A program made the position numbers and the translations under genes. A DNA stretch of 64,000 bases, from assembly GCA_965140445.1 (NCBI GenBank), contig OZ223236.1, positions 2,562,010 to 2,626,009 on the forward strand, given 5' to 3'. This document shows, piece after piece, positions 27,497 through 38,118 of this stretch. The stretch comes from Candidatus Ozemobacteraceae bacterium (GTDB taxonomy: Bacteria; Muiribacteriota; Ozemobacteria; Ozemobacterales; Ozemobacteraceae). A model generated the notes under the pieces. That model was not told the DNA's origin, did not search any database, and saw only the letters and a list, made by a program, of their open reading frames with translations. Numbering within the stretch: position 1 is the stretch's first letter; each line of letters opens with the position of its first letter.

Positions 27497-30400
27497 TTAA
27501 GCAGATGGTTGTTCCTTAATCATATGAATATCTCTTTGCGGGAATGGAATTGAGATTCCGTTTTTACGGAAAGCCTTGGTAATAGCAAGGTTGATTTCAT
27601 TTTGAAAATCCGGAAAGTTTTCGGGGCTGGGAATATAAACTCTTAATTCAAAATTGAGTGAGCTGTCGCCAAAACTTGTTAAAATTGCTTTTGGCGCTGG
27701 AGATTTTTGCACATGAGAATTTGAGTTTGCAACTTCCAGAAGAACTTTTTGAACTTTTTCTATGTCGCTATTGTAAGCAACTCCAACGGGAAAATCTAAT
27801 CTAAACATCCTCTCAGAGAGTGTCCAGTTTATAATCTTGCCAGTAATAAATTCTTTATTTGGGATAACCAGTTCTCTTCTGTCTAAAGTTAAAATTGTTG
27901 TGGCTCTAATGCGAATTTCACTAACATAACCGGAATGATCACCTACAACGATGTAATCTCCTACTCTTAGGGGTCTTTCAAAAAGAATAATAAGGCCAGA
28001 TATAAAATTGGCGAAAATTTCCTGTAGGCCAAAACCGAGTCCCACACTGATACCAGTAACAAGCCACTGAACTTTTTCCCAGCTGATTCCAATCAGTTGG
28101 CATGCCCATACTGTACCCACAATGGTGACAAGATATTTGGATAAAGTTGTTACCGCGAATCTCACACCATTGTCTATTGGGAGTCTTTGCAGAATTGCGA
28201 ATTCAAGAAACCCTTGAAGGTTACGAGTTCCAAGGAAGGTCAATACCAATACTGTTAGCGACATAATAAGGTCGATCAAGGATATTGTGACTACTTTTTC
28301 GACAATTTGTTTGGAAATAGACCCGTCAGGGCCAGTTACAAGTTCTTCAACTCTTACATCAGTGGACCACAATGAAATTTGATCAAATATTTTTACTGCT
28401 GGAATTATGTCTTTCCAGATATTCCATAAATAAATGCTCATCCCTATTAACAAAAGACTGGTTATAATATTATTGGCCTGTTTGCTTAATGAATAAATGC
28501 TTATTCCGTCATTTGGCTGGGTCAGGAGATTAATGGGACTTTCTACCGAAGAAGGGTCTTCACTGGAGGCTAATTTTTCCTGATATTTTAACACTGCAAG
28601 ATTTCTGCGTTGGACCTGGAGTAGTCTTGAGATTAGCCCATAAATGAATACTGCTGCAGTTGCTATTACGAGCGATTTTATTCCACGAACATAAAGCTGT
28701 TGCGCTGTAAAAACGTATCCAATGCTGGCAAAGAGTCCCATGGAAAAAGGAAAGATAACTGAAAGAAAATATAAAAAATATCGTATTTTGCATATCAATT
28801 TGTCTTTAAAATACTTCTCTAGCTCGCAATAGACTTTGCCAGTTGGGGAGGTAATAGAATGAAAGATGAATGCTGTTGTCAGTACTAATGCAAGGAATAT
28901 GAATTTTCCAAGAGTTTCATTGATTGAAGTGTGCTGACTGGAAGCTGCAATTGAATTAAAGAAATACAAAGGAACCGGGATCAAAAACAATAATAATAAC
29001 TGCCTTCTTAAGAGCTCATACACATTCTCTAAATGCCAGCGAAAGTGCATGTTGGCAAGCCCTTTTTCTCTAAAACAGCCTCTTAGATAAAACAACAGCC
29101 ATGAAATTGGGAGAATATTTAGAAATGCGTCGCCCACTCGTTTGCTGGAGATCGAAACAGTGTTTTCGTCGGCTAATAAAGAGCCTAAAAGCCAAATACA
29201 AATTGGAGTAAAGGAAGTGATAAAAAAGGTAAGTAAAATTGATTGTATTGTTATCCAAAAGTTATCTTTTCCGGCCTTGTTTATAGATTCTGAAGCTTCT
29301 CTATTCAAAATAATCGCGCGTGGTCTTAGCCCAAGAATTGTTATTAAAAGAAGTATCGAGAAAATAGAATGCCATATGTTTGAGAAAAGTGATTTAATAA
29401 AATCTGCAGCAACGTTATACCAAAAAGAAAAGGCCAGGAGATTTTTCAGGCCATGAAATGCATTTGAAAAATCTTCAAACTTGATTGGTGAAGAGCTTGG
29501 AATCCAGAAAACATTTTCATTTATAAAGGTTTCAAACTGACGAATTGTGTCTAGCAGGCGGGCTTCCATCGCATCTAAATCTACTAGTTTTCCCAGTAAA
29601 ACCCTATATTCCTTTATAAGATCATCAATGGTTCCTCTTCTGGACTTTAGGATTTCTCTTACTGGAATATCAATTACTTCGGTAGCCACCTGATTTGCTT
29701 TTGCAATAAGATCAATGGTGTCCTTCTGGAATCTTTTTAAATCAACCATTTTACTGGCTTTGTCTTCAAAACTGAGTAATTTTCCCTGGGTTTTAGATAT
29801 ATAATCCTGTCTTTTGGCTATTTTTTCACGAAATAGTGCGGCATCCGGAAGTTCTCCACGCTTGATTCTAAATAGCAAACCCATTGAATCTGAAAAACCC
29901 ATGGCGCGAACTTTTTCTTTAAGTGCTCTTTGGTCTGCTAACAGCCTGTCCAGAATTTTTTTGCCGGTTTCAAAATCTTTTGCAGCCGTATCAATAGCGT
30001 TAAGGACCTCGCCTCTTTGGGCAGTAAAAGAGGCGTTTTCTTCAGCAAGCTGTTTAAGTTCTGGAAGAGAATGGGCAAGGTTTTCTACCTTTTGCTGGGC
30101 TTTTTGTGCTGCTTTTTCTGCTTCCAGTTTTTTTTGCTCACTTAAGAAGTTTTGCAGAGTCGTGAGATATTCTTCCATATCATTGGAAATTCTCAAAAAA
30201 TACTCTCTTTGCTCTTTAAGCAATGTGAGTCTGACTTCAAATGTTGAAATTTCATAATCATAGGCAGAGGATTCAATTTTTAGCAATTCATGTTGAATTG
30301 ATCTTAAGGCGTTTCTGGCTTGCGAAATTTCTACGTTTTCCTCTGGTTGCTGAGCTTGAATTTCCTGAGAAATGGTTTCCATTTTTTTCTTAACTTCGGA

Positions 30401-30961
30401 AACAAGTGATGGAATTTCTTGCCTTCGGGTTGTAATGGAATCAATTTGAATGTCCAATTCAACTGCTTTACTTTTTGTTGATTTTAACGAAGTTTCTTCT
30501 GTAAGAAATAGGTTTTCAAGTTCTGAAATTGTATATTTGGAATAGTCTACGCCTGTATAAAGGCGATCATTGGTTTCAAGCTTTTTATGAAGTTCTTCGG
30601 CTGATTGAACTGATGTTTCAGAAAGTCTTTTCAGGTTGTTAAGTTTTTGTTCCCATTCTTTGTATAAGCCAAGGTTTGTTTTTACTTTTCCCCATGTTTC
30701 TTCCAGCCTTTTTCTTTGCGGTTCACTCAATTGCGTGTTTTCTGATATCTCGGCAAGCTTTTGGGTAACAAGCTCTTCTGTTACTTGAAATGCTGGTTGG
30801 GTAATTTCCACAGACAAAGAAGAAGAGGCGATTAAGGTGGTTTCGCTGGTATTTTGCGCAAAAGCTGGAACTGTTGCAAAAAATAATAGAATAAGAAGAA
30901 GTTTAGGAAGTTGGCCTTTAATCAATTTATTTAAAGAGAATTTTGAAAGACTATTTTTCAC
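27497..30961 (-). CDS. mechanosensitive channel, MscK/KefA-like (MscS family) with large N-terminal coiled-coil domain
   Basis: 1154 aa; signal peptide, long coiled-coil periplasmic region, multiple TM helices, C-terminal MscS core (FANFISGLIILFERPLRVGDYIV); GTG start. Confidence 0.85.
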   Translation of the reverse strand: MKNSLSKFSLNKLIKGQLPKLLLILLFFATVPAFAQNTSETTLIASSSLSVEITQPAFQVTEELVTQKLAEISENTQLSEPQRKRLEETWGKVKTNLGLYKEWEQKLNNLKRLSETSVQSAEELHKKLETNDRLYTGVDYSKYTISELENLFLTEETSLKSTKSKAVELDIQIDSITTRRQEIPSLVSEVKKKMETISQEIQAQQPEENVEISQARNALRSIQHELLKIESSAYDYEISTFEVRLTLLKEQREYFLRISNDMEEYLTTLQNFLSEQKKLEAEKAAQKAQQKVENLAHSLPELKQLAEENASFTAQRGEVLNAIDTAAKDFETGKKILDRLLADQRALKEKVRAMGFSDSMGLLFRIKRGELPDAALFREKIAKRQDYISKTQGKLLSFEDKASKMVDLKRFQKDTIDLIAKANQVATEVIDIPVREILKSRRGTIDDLIKEYRVLLGKLVDLDAMEARLLDTIRQFETFINENVFWIPSSSPIKFEDFSNAFHGLKNLLAFSFWYNVAADFIKSLFSNIWHSIFSILLLITILGLRPRAIILNREASESINKAGKDNFWITIQSILLTFFITSFTPICIWLLGSLLADENTVSISSKRVGDAFLNILPISWLLFYLRGCFREKGLANMHFRWHLENVYELLRRQLLLLFLIPVPLYFFNSIAASSQHTSINETLGKFIFLALVLTTAFIFHSITSPTGKVYCELEKYFKDKLICKIRYFLYFLSVIFPFSMGLFASIGYVFTAQQLYVRGIKSLVIATAAVFIYGLISRLLQVQRRNLAVLKYQEKLASSEDPSSVESPINLLTQPNDGISIYSLSKQANNIITSLLLIGMSIYLWNIWKDIIPAVKIFDQISLWSTDVRVEELVTGPDGSISKQIVEKVVTISLIDLIMSLTVLVLTFLGTRNLQGFLEFAILQRLPIDNGVRFAVTTLSKYLVTIVGTVWACQLIGISWEKVQWLVTGISVGLGFGLQEIFANFISGLIILFERPLRVGDYIVVGDHSGYVSEIRIRATTILTLDRRELVIPNKEFITGKIINWTLSERMFRLDFPVGVAYNSDIEKVQKVLLEVANSNSHVQKSPAPKAILTSFGDSSLNFELRVYIPSPENFPDFQNEINLAITKAFRKNGISIPFPQRDIHMIKEQPSA

Positions 30962-31091
30962 TTAGAGCACCAGCTTTTTATTTATGTTATTGGGTTTGAC
31001 CACTCAAAATTATTTATTTTTCAGATGACATTTTACCACAATTTGGAAAACTGTTTTTTGAGGGAACTTTTTCAAGAACCATGGGAAGCTG

Positions 31092-31134
31092 AAAAAAACA
31101 AAAGGGTCCGCACTAAATTTATTAATGCGAACCC
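31092..31134 (-). terminator. intrinsic terminator downstream of VIT-vWA gene
   Basis: 9-bp stem GGGTCCGCA/TGCGAACCC (one wobble) followed on the minus strand by a U-rich tract. Confidence 0.5.
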
Positions 31135-31152
31135 TTTTAGTGTGTTGAGTTT

Positions 31153-33405
31153 TTAATTTGAAACTATTTTTAGAACTCTTCCGTTATGAAGCACTTTTAC
31201 GTTTTTGCCCAATGAAAGGTATTTTCCGATTTCTGGTGACTTTTGGATTAATTCAAAATATTCTTCAGAAAAAGCTTCTATCTCTGTTTCTTTGTCTTCG
31301 TTCTGAATAGCAGAATCAACCCAGCAATTGTTTATCAGGTAAAATGTTTTCCCTTCAACTTCCATTTTATCAATCTGTTTAAGAACTGAAGGAGTGCTTC
31401 TTTTATAAACTGGTGCAGAATTAGGAAATCCAGCAGATTTCATACTATTCATCTCTCTTGATGCACCTACCGCATCAACACCCTCGAAGTCTGAACTTAA
31501 CTTTTTAAGTGAATAGCGACTTTTTGTTTCTTCCAATCTTACTTGTGATGGTGAATCCTGAAGCATTGAATCTCTTAGGTTGGGGCCAAGATTCTTGTTA
31601 TCTTCAAGGACTAGAAAAGAAGTGTATGGGGTGAGGATTCCATATTTTTTTGCGAGCTTAACTATTTCATCTTTCAGTTCAGAATCTTCACCATTTTTTC
31701 TGATCTGCTCAAGCAGGAAGCCAATTTTTCTGGTAGCCCAAATCCTTGAAACAAAGGCGTTTTCTGATGAGCTTCTTGGAAATGACATTTCATAATCCAG
31801 TTTTACAGATTCATCCTTGAGTAAGCCTTTAAGAGTAATTCTTGCTTCTCCTGGAGATTTGTATCTTCCCAAGATCATAAGGTTACTATCTTTAAAGATG
31901 TCATTTATTTTTCTAGGATAAACTTGAGAAACTTCAATATTATTGAATTCAACTTCCACTTTGGTCATGACGGGGTGGGTGAGTTTTGAAAAAAGGCTGG
32001 AAACCTTGATTTCCATGTCTTCATCTTCAGCTACATAATCAGAAGTTCCACCATTCTGAACCGCAAGTTCATCTATAAGCTGGGCATTAAGATTGTCTCC
32101 AACTCCAAAAGTAAAAAGTCGTGTATGGTCGGTGTTTTTTTTGCTTACAATTTTAAGGATTTCTCCAACCTCTGTTTCACCAGCAGTTGGCTTGCCATCT
32201 GTTACAAAGACAATAAAGGAAGGGTTGCCACTGTTGCTATTCTGGGCTGCTTTTAAGGACTGTTCAAGGGCTTCTGAAATATTGGTTCCGCCCATTGCGT
32301 CAAGATTGTTTATGTAGTTTATAGCACCGTCTCTAGTATCCTGATTAATTGGGATCATTTTATCTTTATAGGATTCAGCTTCTGTTGAAAAATTGGCCAG
32401 ATAAAAATTGCTGCCTTCTTTTAGAGAATTTATGCAAAACTTTAATGCGTTTTTTGCCTGATCAATTTTTTTCCCTGCCATGCTTCCAGATGTGTCCATA
32501 ACAAGGCAAACGTCTATTTTGGGATTTTTTTCTTCCTGGGACTTAACTCTGGGTGCAATCATAAGCATAAATGAGCCATCTTCTGTTGGATCGGGGCGAT
32601 GGGTAAGTAAACTAACTGACATATCTTTTTTGGAGACCCCGTAATACAGAATAAAGTCTTTATCAGGAACAAGACTATTGCTTTCAAATCCAACTGTTGC
32701 CTCATTATCGCCATTTCTGTGAACTGAAATCTTGTGAGTTGGAGAATAGACACTGGTAATTGGAGTTTTTGATTTGATCTTAACTTCAATCGAAACGTCT
32801 TTCATGGGCTCTTTGGCGTATCTATCAATTCTTAATGGGTATACGTATCTTACCAGGTTACCCTGAAGCTTGAGGGATTCTTGATAAGCAAGTTTAACTC
32901 TTTTTTCGCTGCGGGCATTAATGGGATAAATTCTGGTTTTAAAAAGCCCTGATCCCATATATTCAAGTAGGCCGGGGTCCTTCATTTGCCTGACTATATC
33001 TTCATATATTTTTTTGGCTTTTCCCGCATCAAGAAGCTCCCCTTTGGTCATTTTGCCGTCTACGTCCATGGCAAATCCACTTATCGAAGCACTAATGGGA
33101 AGAGGAAAAATGTAAAGTCCTTCTATCGTTCTGTTTTCGTGATTGTAAAATTTTTGATCCACATTTGTAGCAGCTGCAAAGTCTGAAATTTCAACGTTAA
33201 CTTTGTGACTGGTAACAGAAAGGGGTACAGTAAAGCTTTCGGTCGGTCGTGGAGGTGGAATAAAAATTATATCATATACTGGTCTGGGTCTGATTTTGTA
33301 ATCAGGATCAGGCTCTATTGGAAGAATCATTCCATCAGCAAAAACTGATGTTGATGCAAGGATTAGTAATAGAGAAAAAATAGCGATTCGAAAATAAGAT
33401 TTCAT
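31153..33405 (-). CDS. secreted VIT + von Willebrand factor type A domain protein
   Basis: Signal peptide; vWA MIDAS motif (CLVMDTSGSM...GGTNISEAL...VFVTDGKPT); start set to ATG with GGGGGGA SD (track start 33420 is TTG). Confidence 0.8.
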   Translation of the reverse strand: MKSYFRIAIFSLLLILASTSVFADGMILPIEPDPDYKIRPRPVYDIIFIPPPRPTESFTVPLSVTSHKVNVEISDFAAATNVDQKFYNHENRTIEGLYIFPLPISASISGFAMDVDGKMTKGELLDAGKAKKIYEDIVRQMKDPGLLEYMGSGLFKTRIYPINARSEKRVKLAYQESLKLQGNLVRYVYPLRIDRYAKEPMKDVSIEVKIKSKTPITSVYSPTHKISVHRNGDNEATVGFESNSLVPDKDFILYYGVSKKDMSVSLLTHRPDPTEDGSFMLMIAPRVKSQEEKNPKIDVCLVMDTSGSMAGKKIDQAKNALKFCINSLKEGSNFYLANFSTEAESYKDKMIPINQDTRDGAINYINNLDAMGGTNISEALEQSLKAAQNSNSGNPSFIVFVTDGKPTAGETEVGEILKIVSKKNTDHTRLFTFGVGDNLNAQLIDELAVQNGGTSDYVAEDEDMEIKVSSLFSKLTHPVMTKVEVEFNNIEVSQVYPRKINDIFKDSNLMILGRYKSPGEARITLKGLLKDESVKLDYEMSFPRSSSENAFVSRIWATRKIGFLLEQIRKNGEDSELKDEIVKLAKKYGILTPYTSFLVLEDNKNLGPNLRDSMLQDSPSQVRLEETKSRYSLKKLSSDFEGVDAVGASREMNSMKSAGFPNSAPVYKRSTPSVLKQIDKMEVEGKTFYLINNCWVDSAIQNEDKETEIEAFSEEYFELIQKSPEIGKYLSLGKNVKVLHNGRVLKIVSN

Positions 33406-33503
33406 GTTTATTCCCCCCAATTTTTCGTTTTCATTTAATTTAACGCAAGATATACAAACTGGATTTAAAAAAAGCGGGAAGCATTTGCTCCCCGCTTTTT
33501 GTT

Positions 33504-33830
33504 TTAGAAAGTCATTCTCAGAATTGGTAACAAAAATGCCTGGAATTTACTGGTTAAGTATTTCAATATTCCATCAAGGTAAAGAATTTCTAAGAGTTTG
33601 TCGGCATTTGCTGGAACAATTAATTTCCCCAACAGTATAGATCCGGAAATAAATAAAACCAGCCCCAGGAAGTAAATCTGTGCCCATTGGAAATCCGAAA
33701 TTCTTTTGTTAAGTCTTTTGGCATTACTCCAAGTAAAGGACATATAGGACATACAAATTAGGGCCAAAGTAACAATTGTTAATATTTCACCCCATTCTGG
33801 ATCAGCTACAAGCCGATAAATCTCATACAC
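33504..33830 (-). CDS. small membrane protein, hypothetical
   Basis: 108-aa ORF with two hydrophobic helices between pheT and the vWA gene; no recognisable motif. Confidence 0.35.
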   Translation of the reverse strand: MYEIYRLVADPEWGEILTIVTLALICMSYMSFTWSNAKRLNKRISDFQWAQIYFLGLVLFISGSILLGKLIVPANADKLLEILYLDGILKYLTSKFQAFLLPILRMTF

Positions 33831-33834
33831 GTTT

Positions 33835-36213
33835 TCACCTCAATTTTACAGCAAGATCTTTTTCCAATCTGGAAATTATTTTATCCATTACAGGCTGTAT
33901 TAATTCGTCTGTAAGCGTGGCTTTAGGATCTCTAAATGTTAGAGAGTAGGCCATGGATCTAAAACCATCTTCGATTCCTTTACCTTGATAAATGTCAAAC
34001 AGGTGACAATCTTCAAGGAGATTTTTTCCCTCAGCTGTAATGATTTTTACAATGTCTCTATGAAGAACAGATTCAGGAGAAAGAAGCGCCAAATCTCTTT
34101 TTACAGGAGGTAAATCAGGAATCGCCGCCATTCTTGGAGTTGTTTGTTTGAAATCCGCAAGTAATCCTAAATCTAATTCTACTATGAATATCGTTTTTGG
34201 GATTTTTTTATTGTTAATGAAATTGGGGTGGATCTGCCCAAAAGTTCCAACAGTGGTTTTTCCACATACTACATCTAATTGCATTGTAGGATGGAAAAGG
34301 CTATTGCTGCTTGGAGTATATTTCAATTTTTGCTTAAACAAGCGTCCAATTCCCTGAACTATGCCTTTCAGCATGAAAAGGTCAAAAGTTTTATTACTGT
34401 TTGTCCAATCTAAACTATTTACCGATCCCGCAAAACCTATAGAAAGTCTTGTGTGTTCTTCACTTAGGTTGGCTGCGGTCGGGTGAAACACTTTTCCAAT
34501 TTCAAAGAATTTGAGATTGTATTCGTCATTAAGAATATTTCTTTTCAGTGCATCCAACATTCCCCATTTCAGACTGGTTCTCATAACTGCATTTTCTTCT
34601 GAAAGAGGATTTTGAAGGACCAGTGGGGTCTTTTCATGCATCGAACTGTCTATATTGGCAGGAATAAAGCTATAGGTCATAATTTCACTGAAACCTATTG
34701 ATGCCAGATGGTCTTTAAGCTTTTTCTCCATTTTCTGTAAAGGAGTTGGGAGTTGAAGAACCGATGTGATTGCCGGAAGGGTTTCTGGAATATTATTGTA
34801 TCCGTACATTCTTGCAACTTCTTCGATTATATCAACTTCAAGCTCAAGATCGTGTCTATATGGTGGAACGCTAACTATCAGGTCTTCTCCATCACGTTTT
34901 ACTTCCAGTTTCAATCTGAGAAGGAAGGTCTCAATCTGAGATGGGGTAAGGCTGATCCCGATAACTTTATTAACGCGGCGAGTTCGCACTCTGATCTGCT
35001 TTAGAGGTTCTCTTTTTGGATAGGCATCGCAAATTCCTTGAACCGGATCGCCTCCAGCAATTTCAGAAAGAAGTTTAACTGCTTCATTAAGAGCTATTGG
35101 GACGTTATCAACGTTTGTCCCTCTTTCAAATCTATATGATGATTCTGACATCATGCCTAGGCGTTTTGCTGTTTTTCTTACGCTTGTAGGAGAAAAGTAG
35201 GCTGCTTCAAGCAAAATGTCCTGAGTTTCTTCTGTTACAGAAGAATCGAGTCCGCCCATTACACCTGCCAGTGCCACAGGTTTTTCTGCATCAGCGATTA
35301 CAAGCATGGTTGCATCAAGATTATGTTTAGCATCATCAAGAGTAACAAGGGTTTCGTCTTTTTGAGCGTTTCTTACCACAATCCGTTTTCCGGCAAGTTT
35401 TTCCAGGTCGAAAGCATGCATTGGATGACCAATGTCGAGCATAATGTAATTTGTTACGTCCACAACATTATTTATCGCTCTAACTCCAGCGCTTTCAAGT
35501 CTAGCAACCATCCAGTCTGGACTTGGCCCAACTTTAACACCCTTAACAATTCTTGCTCCGTATCTTGGGCAAAGCTCTTCATTAAGGATTTCAACAGAAG
35601 TTTCCTCGTTAATGTTTCCAGCTCCCGAAGAATCGTTCAATGGGTCTCTATGCATTGGAAGGTTGAATATGGCAGATAGCTCTCTGGCAATGCCAAGATG
35701 GGAAAGGGCGTCTCCGCGATTGGGAGTTATGCTGACATCAAAAATGATATCGTCCATTCCCAGCTCTTTGACTATGTTTTCACCTATTTGAGCAGATTCA
35801 TCAAGAATGAATAATCCGCCGTGCTCATCAGAAATACCAAGCTCTTTCTTGCTGCACATCATGCCGAATGATTCCACACCACGAATTTTTGCTGGGCTAA
35901 TTTCAAATCCAGAAGGAAGTTTTGCTCCAACAACTGCAACAGGAACCTTATCTCCAGCCTTCATGTTAGATGCGCCACAAACTATCTGGAGAGCACTACC
36001 GGTTCCGACATCAACTTTGCACAAAGACAATTTATCTGCATCAGGATGGGAATCCTTTGAAAGGATTTTACCAACGAAAACTTTATTTAACTCTTTGCCG
36101 GGTTGAATAATTTCTTCAACTTCTAGGCCTGCCATCATAAGAGCATCGGCAATTTTTTCAGGTGTTTCTTCTATATCAATGTAGTCTTTTAACCAACTTA
36201 ATAATACTTTCAC
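33835..36213 (-). CDS. pheT: phenylalanine--tRNA ligase beta subunit
   Basis: 792 aa, typical PheT N-terminus (MKVLLSWLKDYIDIEETPEKIADAL); GTG start with GAGGAG 7 nt upstream; directly downstream of pheS. Confidence 0.95.
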   Translation of the reverse strand: MKVLLSWLKDYIDIEETPEKIADALMMAGLEVEEIIQPGKELNKVFVGKILSKDSHPDADKLSLCKVDVGTGSALQIVCGASNMKAGDKVPVAVVGAKLPSGFEISPAKIRGVESFGMMCSKKELGISDEHGGLFILDESAQIGENIVKELGMDDIIFDVSITPNRGDALSHLGIARELSAIFNLPMHRDPLNDSSGAGNINEETSVEILNEELCPRYGARIVKGVKVGPSPDWMVARLESAGVRAINNVVDVTNYIMLDIGHPMHAFDLEKLAGKRIVVRNAQKDETLVTLDDAKHNLDATMLVIADAEKPVALAGVMGGLDSSVTEETQDILLEAAYFSPTSVRKTAKRLGMMSESSYRFERGTNVDNVPIALNEAVKLLSEIAGGDPVQGICDAYPKREPLKQIRVRTRRVNKVIGISLTPSQIETFLLRLKLEVKRDGEDLIVSVPPYRHDLELEVDIIEEVARMYGYNNIPETLPAITSVLQLPTPLQKMEKKLKDHLASIGFSEIMTYSFIPANIDSSMHEKTPLVLQNPLSEENAVMRTSLKWGMLDALKRNILNDEYNLKFFEIGKVFHPTAANLSEEHTRLSIGFAGSVNSLDWTNSNKTFDLFMLKGIVQGIGRLFKQKLKYTPSSNSLFHPTMQLDVVCGKTTVGTFGQIHPNFINNKKIPKTIFIVELDLGLLADFKQTTPRMAAIPDLPPVKRDLALLSPESVLHRDIVKIITAEGKNLLEDCHLFDIYQGKGIEDGFRSMAYSLTFRDPKATLTDELIQPVMDKIISRLEKDLAVKLR

Positions 36214-36224
36214 TGTTTATCTCC

Positions 36225-37238
36225 TCAGAATTGCCTTAAGAATCTAACGTCAGATGAGAAAAGAAGTCTGATATCGTTAATTCCGTATCGTAGCATTGCA
36301 ATGCGTTCAATGCCCATTCCAAACGCAAATCCAGTATATTTTTCAGTGTCATATTTTACTGTTTCAAATACTTTGGGATTAACCATGCCGCAACCTAAAA
36401 TTTCCATCCAGCCTGTTTTTTTACAAACTTTGCAACCTTTACCATTACAAAAGATGCACTGAATGTCCATTTCTGCTGATGGTTCTGTAAATGGGAAGTA
36501 GCTAGGTCTAAACCTATAGGGTCTTTTTCCAAACATGCTTTCAGCAAACATGATCAGAGTTCCTTTGAGATCGCTCATGCTGATATTTTCTCCAACAACA
36601 AGTCCTTCCATCTGGTGAAACATTGGTGAATGGGTAATATCGCTATCTTTTCGGAAAACTTTTCCCAGGCCAATCATTTTGAGTGGTGGCTGGAGCTTTT
36701 CCATAGTTCTAATCTGAACAGGTGAGGTCTGAGTTCTCAAAACCTGACCGGATTCAAGATAAAAAGTGTCTTGCATATCTCTTGCAGGATGGTGTGCAGG
36801 AACATTCAAGGCTTCAAAGTTGTAATACTCTTCTTCTACTTCCGGACCTTCTGCCATAAAGAATCCCATTGAGAGGAAAATATCACTGATTTCCTGAGCA
36901 ACAGTGGTTATTGGATGAAAAGTGCCAGGTTCTGCAAAGGTTCCAGGTAAGGAATGATCAGGCTTTTCAGCTTGAAGCTTTTCTTCCTGCTCTTTTAATG
37001 CTATTTCTCTCATGGAAGCTTCAATTGATTGCTGAATTTCCATTTTTAGCTTATTAATTTCTGCTCCCACGGCTTTCTTTTCTTCGATAGGAAGCTTTCC
37101 CAGCCCTTTTAGCAGTTGGGTTATTTCGCCTTTTTTACCTAGATACTTTACTCTAAGTGCTTCCAGATCCTTAGTGGTTCTGGCGGCATTTTTTTCTGCA
37201 TTATACTGGTTCAGGATTTTTTCATGTGATTCTGTCAT
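36225..37238 (-). CDS. pheS: phenylalanine--tRNA ligase alpha subunit
   Basis: 337 aa, class II aaRS motifs (FRPSYFPFTEPSAE, GFAFGMGIERIAMLRYGI); AAGGAG SD. Confidence 0.95.
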   Translation of the reverse strand: MTESHEKILNQYNAEKNAARTTKDLEALRVKYLGKKGEITQLLKGLGKLPIEEKKAVGAEINKLKMEIQQSIEASMREIALKEQEEKLQAEKPDHSLPGTFAEPGTFHPITTVAQEISDIFLSMGFFMAEGPEVEEEYYNFEALNVPAHHPARDMQDTFYLESGQVLRTQTSPVQIRTMEKLQPPLKMIGLGKVFRKDSDITHSPMFHQMEGLVVGENISMSDLKGTLIMFAESMFGKRPYRFRPSYFPFTEPSAEMDIQCIFCNGKGCKVCKKTGWMEILGCGMVNPKVFETVKYDTEKYTGFAFGMGIERIAMLRYGINDIRLLFSSDVRFLRQF

Positions 37239-37279
37239 TGGAACTCCTTCCAGAACTATTTATCCGCTCTCTTCTGGCT

Positions 37280-38062
37280 TTACGCCTGATTAGATATATA
37301 CTTTTGCCATTCATACATGCAAATTGCTGCTGAGGTGGCAACGTTCAATGATTCTACTTTCCCTTGCATTGGAATGGCAAGAGAATCTGTACATTCTTTT
37401 TTTATTTCCGGAGCAATACCTCGGCCCTCTTGTCCCATTACAAGCGCTGTTTTTGCAGGAAATTCATAGCCAAATAAACTTTTTCCTTCCATATCAGCTG
37501 ACAGGATTGTAAAAGTTTTATCCTTTAAGGTGCTAAAACTTTCCATTAGAGCTAAATCAGAAAAAACAGGAACCCGGAAAATGGATCCCATAGAAGCTCT
37601 AATAGCTTTGCTGTTAAGGTAAGAGCAGGTGCCACTTAAAAGTAAAACGGCATCTATCCCCATTGCTTCTGCGGTTCGAATAATTGTGCCAAGGTTGCCT
37701 GGGTCTTGCACCTGATCCAGGACAAGAACACATCTTGATTTTTCCAATGTGTTTTCTAAACTCATTGCAGGCGCTAACTCAATTACTCCAAGGGGGACGC
37801 CAGGGGTTGTCATTTTTGAAACCTCTTTTAACAATTGGAGAGGTAATTTGTAAGCAATTGAGCAATAATCTAGCTCCAGACTTTCTGGGTCCGTAGAAAA
37901 AACGGCCTTTATGCTAATCTTGGAGCGAGCAGCTTCGTCTAATAGCTTTTGTCCTTCGATAATTGCATAGTGAACTTCTTCGGGAGTTTTCTTCCCTGTG
38001 GAGATGCGCTTGACCCATTTATATATGGGATTATTTTTTGATTCGATTTCTTTAATTTTCAT
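37280..38062 (-). CDS. TrmH/SpoU-family RNA 2'-O-methyltransferase
   Basis: 260 aa; SPOUT motifs (VLDQVQDPGNLGTIIRTAEAMG, GQEGRGI, ESLNVATSAAI). Confidence 0.8.
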   Translation of the reverse strand: MKIKEIESKNNPIYKWVKRISTGKKTPEEVHYAIIEGQKLLDEAARSKISIKAVFSTDPESLELDYCSIAYKLPLQLLKEVSKMTTPGVPLGVIELAPAMSLENTLEKSRCVLVLDQVQDPGNLGTIIRTAEAMGIDAVLLLSGTCSYLNSKAIRASMGSIFRVPVFSDLALMESFSTLKDKTFTILSADMEGKSLFGYEFPAKTALVMGQEGRGIAPEIKKECTDSLAIPMQGKVESLNVATSAAICMYEWQKYISNQA

Positions 38063-38069
38063 TGTTCAG

Positions 38070-38105
38070 AAAATAAAAACGCCCGGGGAAGGTTAACCCC
38101 GGGCG
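38070..38105 (-). terminator. intrinsic terminator after rplT, 8 nt upstream of trmH start
   Basis: Perfect 9-bp GC stem CGCCCGGGG/CCCCGGGCG, 8-nt loop, followed on the minus strand by UUUUUAUUUU. Confidence 0.6.
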
Positions 38106-38118
38106 ATTCTTAAGTTGC

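Noticed and set aside
29142-30257. + strand ORFs (104 and 147 aa) antisense to the MscK-like channel gene
   Set aside because: Nested in a well-supported 1154-aa gene; no SD; low-complexity mirror translation.
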